46,673 nucleotides of DNA, taken from a virus. Its lineage: Duplodnaviria; Caudoviricetes. The notes below the pieces were generated by a model. It was not told the origin of the DNA. It saw only the letters and a program-made list of their open reading frames with translations, and did no database searches. This document shows positions 21,007 through 29,094 of the stretch, piece by piece. The stretch lies in IMG/VR virus record IMGVR_UViG_3300030376_006145, positions 1 to 46,673 of that record; one strand, 5' to 3'. How positions within the stretch are numbered: the stretch's first letter is position 1; each line of letters starts with the position of its first letter. The position numbers and the translations under genes were made by a program.

Positions 21007-21309
21007 TTAGTCAAAGTACACTATTGCTGACCCAGACGTAAGAGTTATTGCTGATCCAGGATCTTCAATATCTACAGTCAAAAGAGTTCCAGCTTTTATA
21101 GTATTACTCCCAACTCCCCAAAGCGCTTTAAGATCTGCTCCGCTTGAAGAAGCTGCAGAAGCTACTACCGCATCTTCGTTAATTACTATGCTTCCAAACT
21201 TAGGGCCTGCATAAGCAGCAGTGCCTATATACTTACATCCTTTTGTTCCGGAAACTCTAGTAAAAAAGGAGATCAATTTGTCTACTCCTATTTGTGTTAA
21301 AGTTTTCAT
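21007..21309 (-). CDS. Small beta-rich putative structural protein
   Basis: 100 aa, G/S/A/T-rich, ends AITLTSGSAIVY; tight gene packing. Confidence 0.55.
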   Translation of the reverse strand: MKTLTQIGVDKLISFFTRVSGTKGCKYIGTAAYAGPKFGSIVINEDAVVASAASSSGADLKALWGVGSNTIKAGTLLTVDIEDPGSAITLTSGSAIVYFD

Positions 21310-21310
21310 T

Positions 21311-21766
21311 CTATCTAATACTTACAGTTATAATTGTAATTAATTCTAATATTGCAACTCCGGTTATAGTCCAGAATCCAATATTCTTTTTTCTCAACTC
21401 TTTTCTAAGAGCATCTTTTTCTAAAGTTTCTAATACAAGCTCTTCTTTTTTTATCTCTACTTGTATGTTCTTTTGGTTATACGCTACAGTGAGACTATCA
21501 TAAGCAACAGAAAGCTGATTAGAAAGTACTAAACAGCTATCATAATATTCTTGTGTCTCTATAAGCAACTCTTTATTTCTTTTACCTTCTTTTATTATTC
21601 TAAGAATATTTTTCATCCAAGGGTGATTAGCCCTCATCATTAATTGACCATGCTCTTCTACATACAAATAATCAGTCAGAGGAGTATCCTTGGGCTGACA
21701 ATTGGATGTAAGCTGAATCAAAACTAATTGTGTCAATACCAGCAATAATCGAATCAAACTTTTCAT
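21311..21766 (-). CDS. Spanin-like membrane protein (N-terminal signal ending in Cys, coiled coil, C-terminal TM)
   Basis: Signal MKSLIRLLLVLTQLVLIQLTSNC and C-terminal TM IGFWTITGVAILELITIITVSI; overlaps the upstream gene by ~95 nt, like Rz/Rz1 pairs. Confidence 0.5.
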   Translation of the reverse strand: MKSLIRLLLVLTQLVLIQLTSNCQPKDTPLTDYLYVEEHGQLMMRANHPWMKNILRIIKEGKRNKELLIETQEYYDSCLVLSNQLSVAYDSLTVAYNQKNIQVEIKKEELVLETLEKDALRKELRKKNIGFWTITGVAILELITIITVSIR

Positions 21767-22046
21767 TTATATTATTGTTGCTTCTAGCATAAGACACTCT
21801 AAGCTCTTTTATTTTTAATTCGTAATCCTTTTGCAGCCTGACGGCATACCTTTGAGCAAGCTTCTCCCTTTTTTCGGAATCTTTTATTTTAATAGTAAGA
21901 GATTCCTTTTCTTTTTTAAGAAGCTGTTCTGAAACAGTGAGCCGATCAATTTTAGATCCACTTACCGCCCACGTTGCAAAAATAATCAATAAAAGCGAGA
22001 CTATCAATATATTAGATAGGTTATTACGAACTACTTCTTTATACAT
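21672..22046 (-). CDS. i-spanin-like protein (N-terminal TM plus coiled coil)
   Basis: Likely start MYKEVV at 22046; TM ILIVSLLLIIFATWAV then a K/E coiled coil; follows the putative endolysin. Confidence 0.55.
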   Translation of the reverse strand: MYKEVVRNNLSNILIVSLLLIIFATWAVSGSKIDRLTVSEQLLKKEKESLTIKIKDSEKREKLAQRYAVRLQKDYELKIKELRVSYARSNNNINEKFDSIIAGIDTISFDSAYIQLSAQGYSSD

Positions 22047-22500
22047 CTGGATTAGTGTAATAGCCGTTCCCACATATCTCTAGCTCCATTTCTTCTGGAA
22101 CTATATGCATTAATGCTTTAAAAGTTGGTTTAGATGATAGTATATCTGTTATACCATCACCGTTTATATCTCCGTATTTACTTCCAACTAAAATACATCC
22201 TCTTATATCAGGAGTTCCTGTTCTAGGATTTATAGATCCGGCATAATTACCCCAGTGAATAAGTATAAGAGACCTTCCTTCTACGCCTGTTATCCATAGA
22301 TGATCTTTATATTTTTGAGAGTGCCTCCTTACAACCTTGTAAGTTCCCTCTGGAATACAACTAATATTTCTTTCGTTACCTCTCCAAGGCAGCTCAAGAG
22401 TTTTAAAAGAAAACAATATATTTCCCTCATCCCCTTCTATATAAGCACTTCCTAAAGTCTGCTTTTCCCTATAGTGCCTGTCTAGCTTTATCTTAATCAT
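22039..22500 (-). CDS. DUF5675-like protein, putative endolysin (L,D-transpeptidase-like fold)
   Basis: TLELPWRGNERNISCIPEGTY...GRSLILIHWGN...DIRGCILVG, with a His/Cys pair; next to spanin-like genes. Confidence 0.75.
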   Translation of the reverse strand: MIKIKLDRHYREKQTLGSAYIEGDEGNILFSFKTLELPWRGNERNISCIPEGTYKVVRRHSQKYKDHLWITGVEGRSLILIHWGNYAGSINPRTGTPDIRGCILVGSKYGDINGDGITDILSSKPTFKALMHIVPEEMELEICGNGYYTNPDV

Positions 22501-22501
22501 T

Positions 22502-22771
22502 TTACCATTTAACTTTATTAGCCCAGTACGCAGCAGACATCTTACCTTTCTTTATATTCTTGGCATGTCTAGCTTTAAAAGACTTTGCTCTCTTGGTCAT
22601 CTTTCTGTCCCCCGTTTTACCTTGCTGCCCAAATCTAATAGTCTTTACTTTACTACCTTCTTTAGCAACAACTACGTGAGACTTAGTTTTATGTTTAGGA
22701 GTTCGCTTAGGTTTATTATACCCAGAAACTCCAGCCCTAGTTAAACGTGAGTCTTTATTTTTAGGAGCCAT
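22502..22771 (-). CDS. Small highly basic protein
   Basis: 89 aa, K/R-rich, with GYNKPKRTP, IRFGQQG, SFKARH and SAAYWANKVKW, a pattern I recognise from aquatic phage proteins; function unknown. Confidence 0.8.
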   Translation of the reverse strand: MAPKNKDSRLTRAGVSGYNKPKRTPKHKTKSHVVVAKEGSKVKTIRFGQQGKTGDRKMTKRAKSFKARHAKNIKKGKMSAAYWANKVKW

Positions 22772-22773
22772 AA

Positions 22774-22935
22774 TTATTTCTTTTTCTTAGGCATACAGGC
22801 AGCAGGTCTTTTTACAGATCGAGTTTCTACTCCACCTTTTCTATACATATCTACTACTCCTTTATCGAGTTCTACTCCTCCACCCATATACATCTTTCTC
22901 ATAGACGCAGGTTTTTTCTTTTTCTTTCCGTACAT
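22774..22935 (-). CDS. Unannotated 53-aa basic microprotein with two MYxxGG repeats
   Basis: MYGKKKKKPASMRKMYMGGGVELDKGVVDMYRKGGVETRSVKRPAACMPKKKK; TAA-TT-ATG junctions on both sides. Confidence 0.75.
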   Translation of the reverse strand: MYGKKKKKPASMRKMYMGGGVELDKGVVDMYRKGGVETRSVKRPAACMPKKKK

Positions 22936-22937
22936 AA

Positions 22938-23090
22938 TTATTTCTTTTTTCTGGTTTTAGCTGCTTTTTTAAAAGCTTTGTTAGTAGGAGCCCCTTTCGC
23001 TCCTTTCTTTCTCATAGTTTCTCCAGACCCTGCCTTTATTCTTTTTCTTTTAGCATGAATATTTGCATACAATCCTTTCTTAGCTGCCAT
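22938..23090 (-). CDS. Unannotated 50-aa protamine-like basic microprotein
   Basis: MAAKKGLYANIHAKRKRIKAGSGETMRKKGAKGAPTNKAFKKAAKTRKKK; ATG at 23090, TAA at 22938-22940. Confidence 0.8.
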   Translation of the reverse strand: MAAKKGLYANIHAKRKRIKAGSGETMRKKGAKGAPTNKAFKKAAKTRKKK

Positions 23091-23202
23091 TTCTTTTATT
23101 TTTTTTTGGTTCTTTTCCTTTTAAAGAGCAAGTTCTAGTTTTAACACATTTAGTGTCGCACTCTCTTGGTGATATTTCACACCATATTTTTTTATCTATC
23201 AA
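23080..23202 (-). CDS. Unannotated 40-aa Cys-rich basic peptide
   Basis: TTG start overlaps the upstream TGA (TTGA). Reads MIDKKIWCEISPRECDTKCVKTRTCSLKGKEPKKNKRNGS and fills the gap exactly. Confidence 0.5.
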   Translation of the reverse strand: MIDKKIWCEISPRECDTKCVKTRTCSLKGKEPKKNKRNGS

Positions 23203-23444
23203 ACACTGTCTTCTTTTTTACCCCATATTTTATCTACAGATGCAAGTCCTAAAGACCCAAAAGCTAAAGCTGCTACAGCATTAATAAGAATAGGGGAAGG
23301 AGCAATATGTTCTTCTGTAAACTGATTAGCAAACAGAGTAATGCATAAAGACACTCCTGAAAGAATACCTATAAATCTTTTTGATGAAGGTGTTCCTTTT
23401 TCATCTCTTAAAAGTCCTTCTATCCAGGTAAAAGCTTTTTTCAT
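23199..23444 (-). CDS. Two-TM holin-like membrane protein
   Basis: 81 aa; SSKRF followed by two hydrophobic helices and a charged C-terminus. Confidence 0.6.
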   Translation of the reverse strand: MKKAFTWIEGLLRDEKGTPSSKRFIGILSGVSLCITLFANQFTEEHIAPSPILINAVAALAFGSLGLASVDKIWGKKEDSV

Positions 23445-23767
23445 TTCCTTTTTAGTCTTTTCTTAATATCCTCTAAAGTCCCAAGATTTTTAACATTTCC
23501 GTCTTTGTCAATTACTCTGACAGACTTACCAAGTTTTTTCTCAAGGGTTTTGTTACGTTGTATAAGAGAATCTATTTTATATCCAATGCTTTTCCATAAT
23601 TCTAATTCAACAGAATCTACATCTTTTACTATTAATGTAAATGTATTTGTGTTTTCTATAGACCTCTCTAATACACTATCATTGTATACTTGATAGTCAG
23701 TATTTGTATCTGATCTACTACAAGAAAACAAAAAGGCTAATAATATTATTTTGACTCCAACACGCAT
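23441..23767 (-). CDS. Lipoprotein, o-spanin-like
   Basis: Signal and lipobox KIILLAFLFSC; coiled-coil segment; overlaps the upstream TM gene by 22 nt. Confidence 0.55.
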   Translation of the reverse strand: MRVGVKIILLAFLFSCSRSDTNTDYQVYNDSVLERSIENTNTFTLIVKDVDSVELELWKSIGYKIDSLIQRNKTLEKKLGKSVRVIDKDGNVKNLGTLEDIKKRLKRK

Positions 23768-24012
23768 AGCTTATCAAGTATCGAAAGTTTAGAGATAGCT
23801 CCTGCTAATGCACTATCACTTTTATGTAATTGAAATTGAAGCCTATCAACTTTTACTTCTAGTGCTTCTATTTTATTCCCTTGTTTTGCTATCTGACCTG
23901 TATAATTAACCTTATTATCAAAATACAAATATCCTACAGCTATTATTACAAGAAACAATAGTCCTTTAACTGGGTCTTTTGAAAACTGCTCAAAGTTTAT
24001 AGGTGATTTCAT
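23746..24012 (-). CDS. Single-TM coiled-coil protein, i-spanin-like
   Basis: TM GLLFLVIIAVGYLYF then heptad pattern IEALEVKVDRLQFQL. Confidence 0.55.
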   Translation of the reverse strand: MKSPINFEQFSKDPVKGLLFLVIIAVGYLYFDNKVNYTGQIAKQGNKIEALEVKVDRLQFQLHKSDSALAGAISKLSILDKLCVLESK

Positions 24013-24018
24013 TATCTT

Positions 24019-24324
24019 TTAGTTTTGTCCGAATCCAAAGAAATTCTTTATACGATTCCAAGTTCCTTTTGGTGCATCAGGGTCCCACTCAGCAGTTTGT
24101 AAAATTTTTTTCATCTCTCCATGTGTGTAAGGGCCGGTCTTACTTTCTAAATTCTGTATACATTTAGGAACATCTCCTTCCCACTTAACAAAACTTTTAG
24201 TACCATCTGCACTGTATGTAATAGTATCCCTTGATGTTTCAAGAACAGTTTTAAAATCTATTCTATTAATCTCTAATACATCATACACAATGTATTCTCT
24301 GTTACTAGATTTTTTACTTTCCAT
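24019..24324 (-). CDS. Small protein coupled to the LamG gene (putative fibre accessory/chaperone)
   Basis: 101 aa, YSADGTKSFVKWEG...PYTHGEM; overlaps the LamG stop codon. Confidence 0.6.
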   Translation of the reverse strand: MESKKSSNREYIVYDVLEINRIDFKTVLETSRDTITYSADGTKSFVKWEGDVPKCIQNLESKTGPYTHGEMKKILQTAEWDPDAPKGTWNRIKNFFGFGQN

Positions 24325-25075
24325 AACGTGTTTTTGTAGCGTTAAAGTTGGCTAACACATCGTCTGCTGACATCGCAGAAGTATACTCCATAAATTCACC
24401 TATACCTCCTTCAAGTTTTTGATTAGAAAAACTTGTTCGATCTACACCTATTACAAACTGCTCATAGCTTGGAAAGTCAAATGTTGTGGTAGGAAATCCG
24501 TTACTTCCAAAAGTCAATGAAGTTAGCTCCGAACCGTCAAGATAAATCTTAGCCCTATCGGCATTCGCTGCACCACTTCCATCAAACACCCACGCTATGT
24601 TATACCATTCGTTGTCGGTAAAGCTATTGCCTGACTTGTATGCAAATTGATTGTTTGTATCGTTCGCATTGTAAAAATAAATTGAGCCATTTCCGTGAAC
24701 CCAACCGCTTATAATTTTTTTGTCAGAGTTTCTACGTCTACCCCAAAGTCTGTTATTGGTATTAGCGTCTTCCATTCGAAACCACATCTGCATACTAAAT
24801 GCCGAAGCTTCAACTTGTTCGGTTATGTTTCCGAAAGTCACATAATCATCCGTTCCATCTAATACAATTTGCCCTCCGTCAGCAGAAGAGTACGTAGGAC
24901 CGTTAGTTAAAGTTCCGTTGTAGTTCCCCTGTAAATCTGTCCAAGTAGTTCCGCTACCTCCATAGCTCGATGCATTACTAGCATCAACGTATATTAGAAG
25001 ATTAGCAGTAATTATTCCAGCAGCTTCAGCCGCCTTTTGAGAAAGAAAGGGTATGCCTATACCTATAGGACTCAT
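24314..25075 (-). CDS. Concanavalin A-like / LamG lectin-domain virion protein
   Basis: DASNASSYGGSGTTWTDL...NGTLTNGPTY...DGTDDYV...WYNIAWVFDG...KIYLDG...NFNATKTRYG. Confidence 0.85.
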   Translation of the reverse strand: MSPIGIGIPFLSQKAAEAAGIITANLLIYVDASNASSYGGSGTTWTDLQGNYNGTLTNGPTYSSADGGQIVLDGTDDYVTFGNITEQVEASAFSMQMWFRMEDANTNNRLWGRRRNSDKKIISGWVHGNGSIYFYNANDTNNQFAYKSGNSFTDNEWYNIAWVFDGSGAANADRAKIYLDGSELTSLTFGSNGFPTTTFDFPSYEQFVIGVDRTSFSNQKLEGGIGEFMEYTSAMSADDVLANFNATKTRYGK

Positions 25076-25471
25076 TTAAGTTCGTTTTGACCACCCTTCC
25101 ATTTTAGTCATAAGGTGCTTCCAAATATCAACACCTGTAATGCTTGCAATATTTTCTAAGTTAGATTTAAACTCTACAATTGCAATATAACCGGCAGTTA
25201 ACTTAGCTACAGGAATCCAATCTATAAAAGATACCTCCATAACCCTACTTAAAATAATAGCTACAGAATAAAAGATTATTTTACTCACTGTTCGAGCCAT
25301 CCTGTTAGATCTGATCTCTTCTCCTCTTAGTTGTGCTGCCCTACATCCGGTAATGACATCAGCGAATATTAAAACTGCAAGTCCTACTATAGCTGCTGTT
25401 ATTGGAGCAAAAAAGAATACTATGTAAGGTACCCCTAACTTTAAAAGTGTGCTAAGTTCAAAAGCTTTCAT
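25076..25471 (-). CDS. Phage holin family protein
   Basis: 131 aa, several TMs, D-x-ITG, I-x-S-x-x-M-x-RT-x-x-K and EFKSNLEN motifs. Confidence 0.75.
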   Translation of the reverse strand: MKAFELSTLLKLGVPYIVFFFAPITAAIVGLAVLIFADVITGCRAAQLRGEEIRSNRMARTVSKIIFYSVAIILSRVMEVSFIDWIPVAKLTAGYIAIVEFKSNLENIASITGVDIWKHLMTKMEGWSKRT

Positions 25472-25473
25472 TA

Positions 25474-25707
25474 TTATTCAGGCTCTTGTGCATCATCAGG
25501 AGTGTTAGCTTCCACCCAATCAAGATATGCTTGTGGAGGTGTTGCGTGGTACTCCCACCCATCTACGGGGTAGTCATACTCTTCATGGTTTTCAATCAAC
25601 AATTCATAATTCTTATTATAAACTGCATGAAGACCTACTGACCAATAATCTGAAGGTTCAGTTGTGTGCTTATAAAAAGCTGGTTGTTCAGGTATTCTAA
25701 AACTCAT
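25474..25707 (-). CDS. Small acidic protein coupled to the LRR fibre gene
   Basis: 77 aa, FYK...YEL...YDYPVDGW; 3 nt after the LRR stop. Confidence 0.6.
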   Translation of the reverse strand: MSFRIPEQPAFYKHTTEPSDYWSVGLHAVYNKNYELLIENHEEYDYPVDGWEYHATPPQAYLDWVEANTPDDAQEPE

Positions 25708-25710
25708 ATC

Positions 25711-26958
25711 TTATGTTGTTACTGTCCAATCTTTGTTGGTAGCAATTAATAAATTTGCTGCAGTTAAATCTCCTGTTCCAGGATTATCTGTTACAGTGAT
25801 TGTTGCTGTTGTACCTATTAAAGTTAAATCATATAAATCATTAAACACATTCACAAGTCCAGCTTGATCAAAGTTACAATCATCCAAATCAAATGAAATT
25901 TTCATATTTGAAAGTTCAAGAGTACTTAAGCTATGACAATCATTAAACATGTTCGTAGCATTAGTAAGGCTTGTACAATCAATGCCTGATATTGTTTCAA
26001 GTGCATAGCATTGATGAAACATTTGTTCGGTTCTTTCAGGAGCGCAGCTTGTAAAATAAGCAGCTTTAAGTTTAGTGTTTTGATAAAACATACGATATAG
26101 CCCAGTTGCACCGCTTAATGCGTTCATTTGCATTGGAGCAGAAGCCTTTCCGAAGTATTTAAGTTGTGAACTTTGAAAAGTTGCATTTGCACTGGTTGCG
26201 CCCTTAAAGAAATCTACATGGAACATTTCAAGTATTCTTGAACTTATAAAAGCTTGTGTACAAGCCATTGATGATACACTGCCTAATTCCATCTGAGTAA
26301 GATCAGCAATGTTAACTGAGTTAAATGCTTGTTGTATAGTCGTTAGACTACTAAAAGTTCCCGTTACTTTACCTAAGTTCGGAGCACCTGTAAAAGCATA
26401 TAATAATGTCGTTACGTTACAAGTTCCAACAAACTCAAACTCTTCAAGACTTCTATGCATAACTGTAGTACTTGAACCTCTAAAGGTAGAGTCAAGACTT
26501 GTACAAGTCTGGCTTGCCATCTTTACAGATAAAAGAGTAGAGTCTACCATAGCCTGTACACTACCGTGTCTCTTGTAAAATTGCGGTTTTAGAAAATTAC
26601 CCGTAATCTTTGTAATAACCTGCTTGTAAGTATCACCGTTTGGTGCAGTTACTTCTGCGGTTCCTTTTGAATAGTCAAGGTCAAAGTGAGCAGTACTGTT
26701 ATGAGCGTGAGAAGTGACAGTAGTCCCATCATTATAAAGGTCAACTGAGTACGTACCGCTTGAATCTATCGTTGAGAAAAAAGAAAAGAAGTTCGGTACT
26801 CCATCTCTGACCCTATGTAAGACATACATAATACTATCTCCATCTGATAGTGATGGAAGATCGAGCCAATCGGGGTTACGTACCCATGCTCTAGAAGTAG
26901 CCGCAGCCCCTCCCCCTGATTTTGTGGCACCTCCGCCACCTACACTTACTCCTGGCAT
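25711..26958 (-). CDS. BspA-like leucine-rich-repeat adhesin / receptor-binding protein
   Basis: Repeats MFHQCYALETI, MFNDCHSLSTL, MFYQNTKL; WVRNPDWLDLP near the N-terminus; C-terminal IATNKDWTVT. Confidence 0.75.
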   Translation of the reverse strand: MPGVSVGGGGATKSGGGAAATSRAWVRNPDWLDLPSLSDGDSIMYVLHRVRDGVPNFFSFFSTIDSSGTYSVDLYNDGTTVTSHAHNSTAHFDLDYSKGTAEVTAPNGDTYKQVITKITGNFLKPQFYKRHGSVQAMVDSTLLSVKMASQTCTSLDSTFRGSSTTVMHRSLEEFEFVGTCNVTTLLYAFTGAPNLGKVTGTFSSLTTIQQAFNSVNIADLTQMELGSVSSMACTQAFISSRILEMFHVDFFKGATSANATFQSSQLKYFGKASAPMQMNALSGATGLYRMFYQNTKLKAAYFTSCAPERTEQMFHQCYALETISGIDCTSLTNATNMFNDCHSLSTLELSNMKISFDLDDCNFDQAGLVNVFNDLYDLTLIGTTATITVTDNPGTGDLTAANLLIATNKDWTVTT

Positions 26959-26968
26959 ATTAAATTAT

Positions 26969-27331
26969 TTAAGATCTTGTCCAAAAACCGTACTCTACTA
27001 CACAAGTAGCACTATTTGCTTGTACTTCAATGCCTACAGATCCTTTTACAGGTAAGAGCATAAACTCTCCTGGATATAAAACACTATAAGCAGTACCTCC
27101 TGCAGTCTTTACTTCTACATAATTAGTACTATCTGTGTTCTTTAAAAACACAAAACTTATTGTAGATACAGATGCAGGTATAATTTCACTAGGTCCTGTA
27201 TGAAGAACTTTTGCAGTACCTGATCCTGTCATAGGATTAGTTACCGTAAGGGTATCAGTGAATGTAGCATTTAAAGCGTCTGCGCTTGTGTCACTACTCA
27301 CTAAAGTTAATGTGGGAGTTAAGGTTGCCAT
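26969..27331 (-). CDS. Small beta-sandwich structural protein, paralogue of 28070-28435
   Basis: FVFLKN, PGEFMLLP, CVVEYGFW. Confidence 0.65.
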   Translation of the reverse strand: MATLTPTLTLVSSDTSADALNATFTDTLTVTNPMTGSGTAKVLHTGPSEIIPASVSTISFVFLKNTDSTNYVEVKTAGGTAYSVLYPGEFMLLPVKGSVGIEVQANSATCVVEYGFWTRS

Positions 27332-27343
27332 TTTTTTAATTAA

Positions 27344-28063
27344 TTAGGTTACAGGCTCTGCAGTTATATCAGAACACTTGTCACAATAAGTATCTAAGTA
27401 AGAAGCTACTTCACATATTTGAGCAGCAGTTAAACAAGAATGTTTTCTTTCTGTAGTCACTGCTTTACTTCTTTTAGAGGTATCTTCTGCTATAGTTATG
27501 TTGCTATCTGTCCACACTACAGTAGGGTAGGTAGTAGTGTCTTCTAAGAATAGATTTTCATTACCCCAAATAGTAATTCTTATTCTTGCAGTATCCACAG
27601 CTTCTACAGAAACTTCAAAATCTGTAGAACTAAGACTAGTGTAAGGGGTTATCCCAAAGCTTAAAAGACTAGGTGTAGTGCTTGTTATCTCTTGAGCAAT
27701 AATAATCGCAGTAGTATGATCGCTTACTCCTCCGCCTATACTAAGTGAATTAGCATTTGCACCATTACCTGCTTGATAGTAAATAGTATCTTCTACTCCA
27801 CTTATTTTTAGTCTAGTAAAAGTAGCAGTACCAGAATCTCCTGCAGTATTATCTACAGTAAACTCCATTACTACTTTGTACCAAATATCTTGAATATTAG
27901 CATCCTCCATAAGATCTAGAGCAGTATGAGCTAAAACGTGCTTAGTCATACAACAACTACCTGGAGGATTTCCTCCTCTCATTTTATCGAGAAGAGAAAG
28001 TCCTTCAGTAGAGAGGCAGCAATTCCTGCCGCTTACATATTCTACAATATCTTTGTACTTCAT
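27344..28063 (-). CDS. Putative tail hub protein with Cys-rich ends
   Basis: RNCCLS...SCCM at the N-terminus, CLTAAQICEV...CDKC at the C-terminus, beta-rich middle; role inferred from synteny. Confidence 0.45.
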   Translation of the reverse strand: MKYKDIVEYVSGRNCCLSTEGLSLLDKMRGGNPPGSCCMTKHVLAHTALDLMEDANIQDIWYKVVMEFTVDNTAGDSGTATFTRLKISGVEDTIYYQAGNGANANSLSIGGGVSDHTTAIIIAQEITSTTPSLLSFGITPYTSLSSTDFEVSVEAVDTARIRITIWGNENLFLEDTTTYPTVVWTDSNITIAEDTSKRSKAVTTERKHSCLTAAQICEVASYLDTYCDKCSDITAEPVT

Positions 28064-28069
28064 ATTATA

Positions 28070-28435
28070 TTAAGCAATTGACCAAGCTCCATATTCTACA
28101 ACACATGCTCCGCCTTGGGCTTCTGCTGTAATAGCTTGAGCATTGTATAAAGGAAAGAATGCAAATTCTCCTACTCGGATTTTAAATTTAGCATTTCCTC
28201 CTAGAAGGACCTGTACCCAGTCTGAAGGATTAACTCCAGAAACTACTTTTAGGTATACATAACTAAATGCTGAATTACTTGCAACAACCGTTGCGGCTGA
28301 TCCAGTAGGAACAGACATTCTTGCAATATTAATAGCAGGATCAGTTACAGCCAAAACATCAGCTACTCCAACATTTAAACTGTCTGTAGTAACGTCAGAG
28401 CTACTGATTCCTAGATTTACTGATAATGATGCCAT
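28070..28435 (-). CDS. Small beta-sandwich structural protein, paralogue of 26969-27331
   Basis: YVYLKV, VGEFAFFP, CVVEYGAW. Confidence 0.65.
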   Translation of the reverse strand: MASLSVNLGISSSDVTTDSLNVGVADVLAVTDPAINIARMSVPTGSAATVVASNSAFSYVYLKVVSGVNPSDWVQVLLGGNAKFKIRVGEFAFFPLYNAQAITAEAQGGACVVEYGAWSIA

Positions 28436-28458
28436 TTGATTTAAGTTTTAAATTGATT

Positions 28459-29094
28459 TTAAGGTAGGTCTACTAATCTGTACATAACGTCAATTACTAT
28501 TTGACTGTTTCCGTTTATAGGATTGCCGGAAGCTACAGAAACAACTAAGTTTTCACCTGTATGCATGTTTGCCGATGTTCCTGTTGTAACTAAACCAAAT
28601 GTTCCCCTTATATCCGAAGTAGCAGCCAAACAATTTAATTGAGCTTGACCGTCAGGATCAGATGTGGTTCCTATAGCAAGAGTAGTGTTGGTTGCATATG
28701 CTACTGAGTTCCACTTTAAATGCATAGACGCACTTATTAATTGTATTTCTGAACCAGCAACACCAGTAACCAAAGTAATTGGAGTTGAGTTCATAGCTAG
28801 AATCTGCCCACTGGTTAATGTGATTTGAGCAGAATTTACGCCTGTACCACTTGAAGTAGATGTAGAATTTAAGTAACCATAGATTTGATTAGCAAGATCA
28901 TAAGCACTTGTCGAAGAAGGAGCATCTACATCTGTATATAATGTAGAGAGTACATCAGAAGAACCTTTAGTTACTTTTACTAAACCTTCAGATACACTTA
29001 CAGATAAATCTGATTTAAGGTAATAATTTACATTATTATCAGATACATCGTAGATTGCAATATCACTTGCATTATTTATAACCTGGTAAGACAT
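28459..29094 (-). CDS. Putative fibre/structural protein
   Basis: 211 aa, S/T/G-rich, two beta-rich domains joined by an STSTSSGTG linker. Confidence 0.55.
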   Translation of the reverse strand: MSYQVINNASDIAIYDVSDNNVNYYLKSDLSVSVSEGLVKVTKGSSDVLSTLYTDVDAPSSTSAYDLANQIYGYLNSTSTSSGTGVNSAQITLTSGQILAMNSTPITLVTGVAGSEIQLISASMHLKWNSVAYATNTTLAIGTTSDPDGQAQLNCLAATSDIRGTFGLVTTGTSANMHTGENLVVSVASGNPINGNSQIVIDVMYRLVDLP

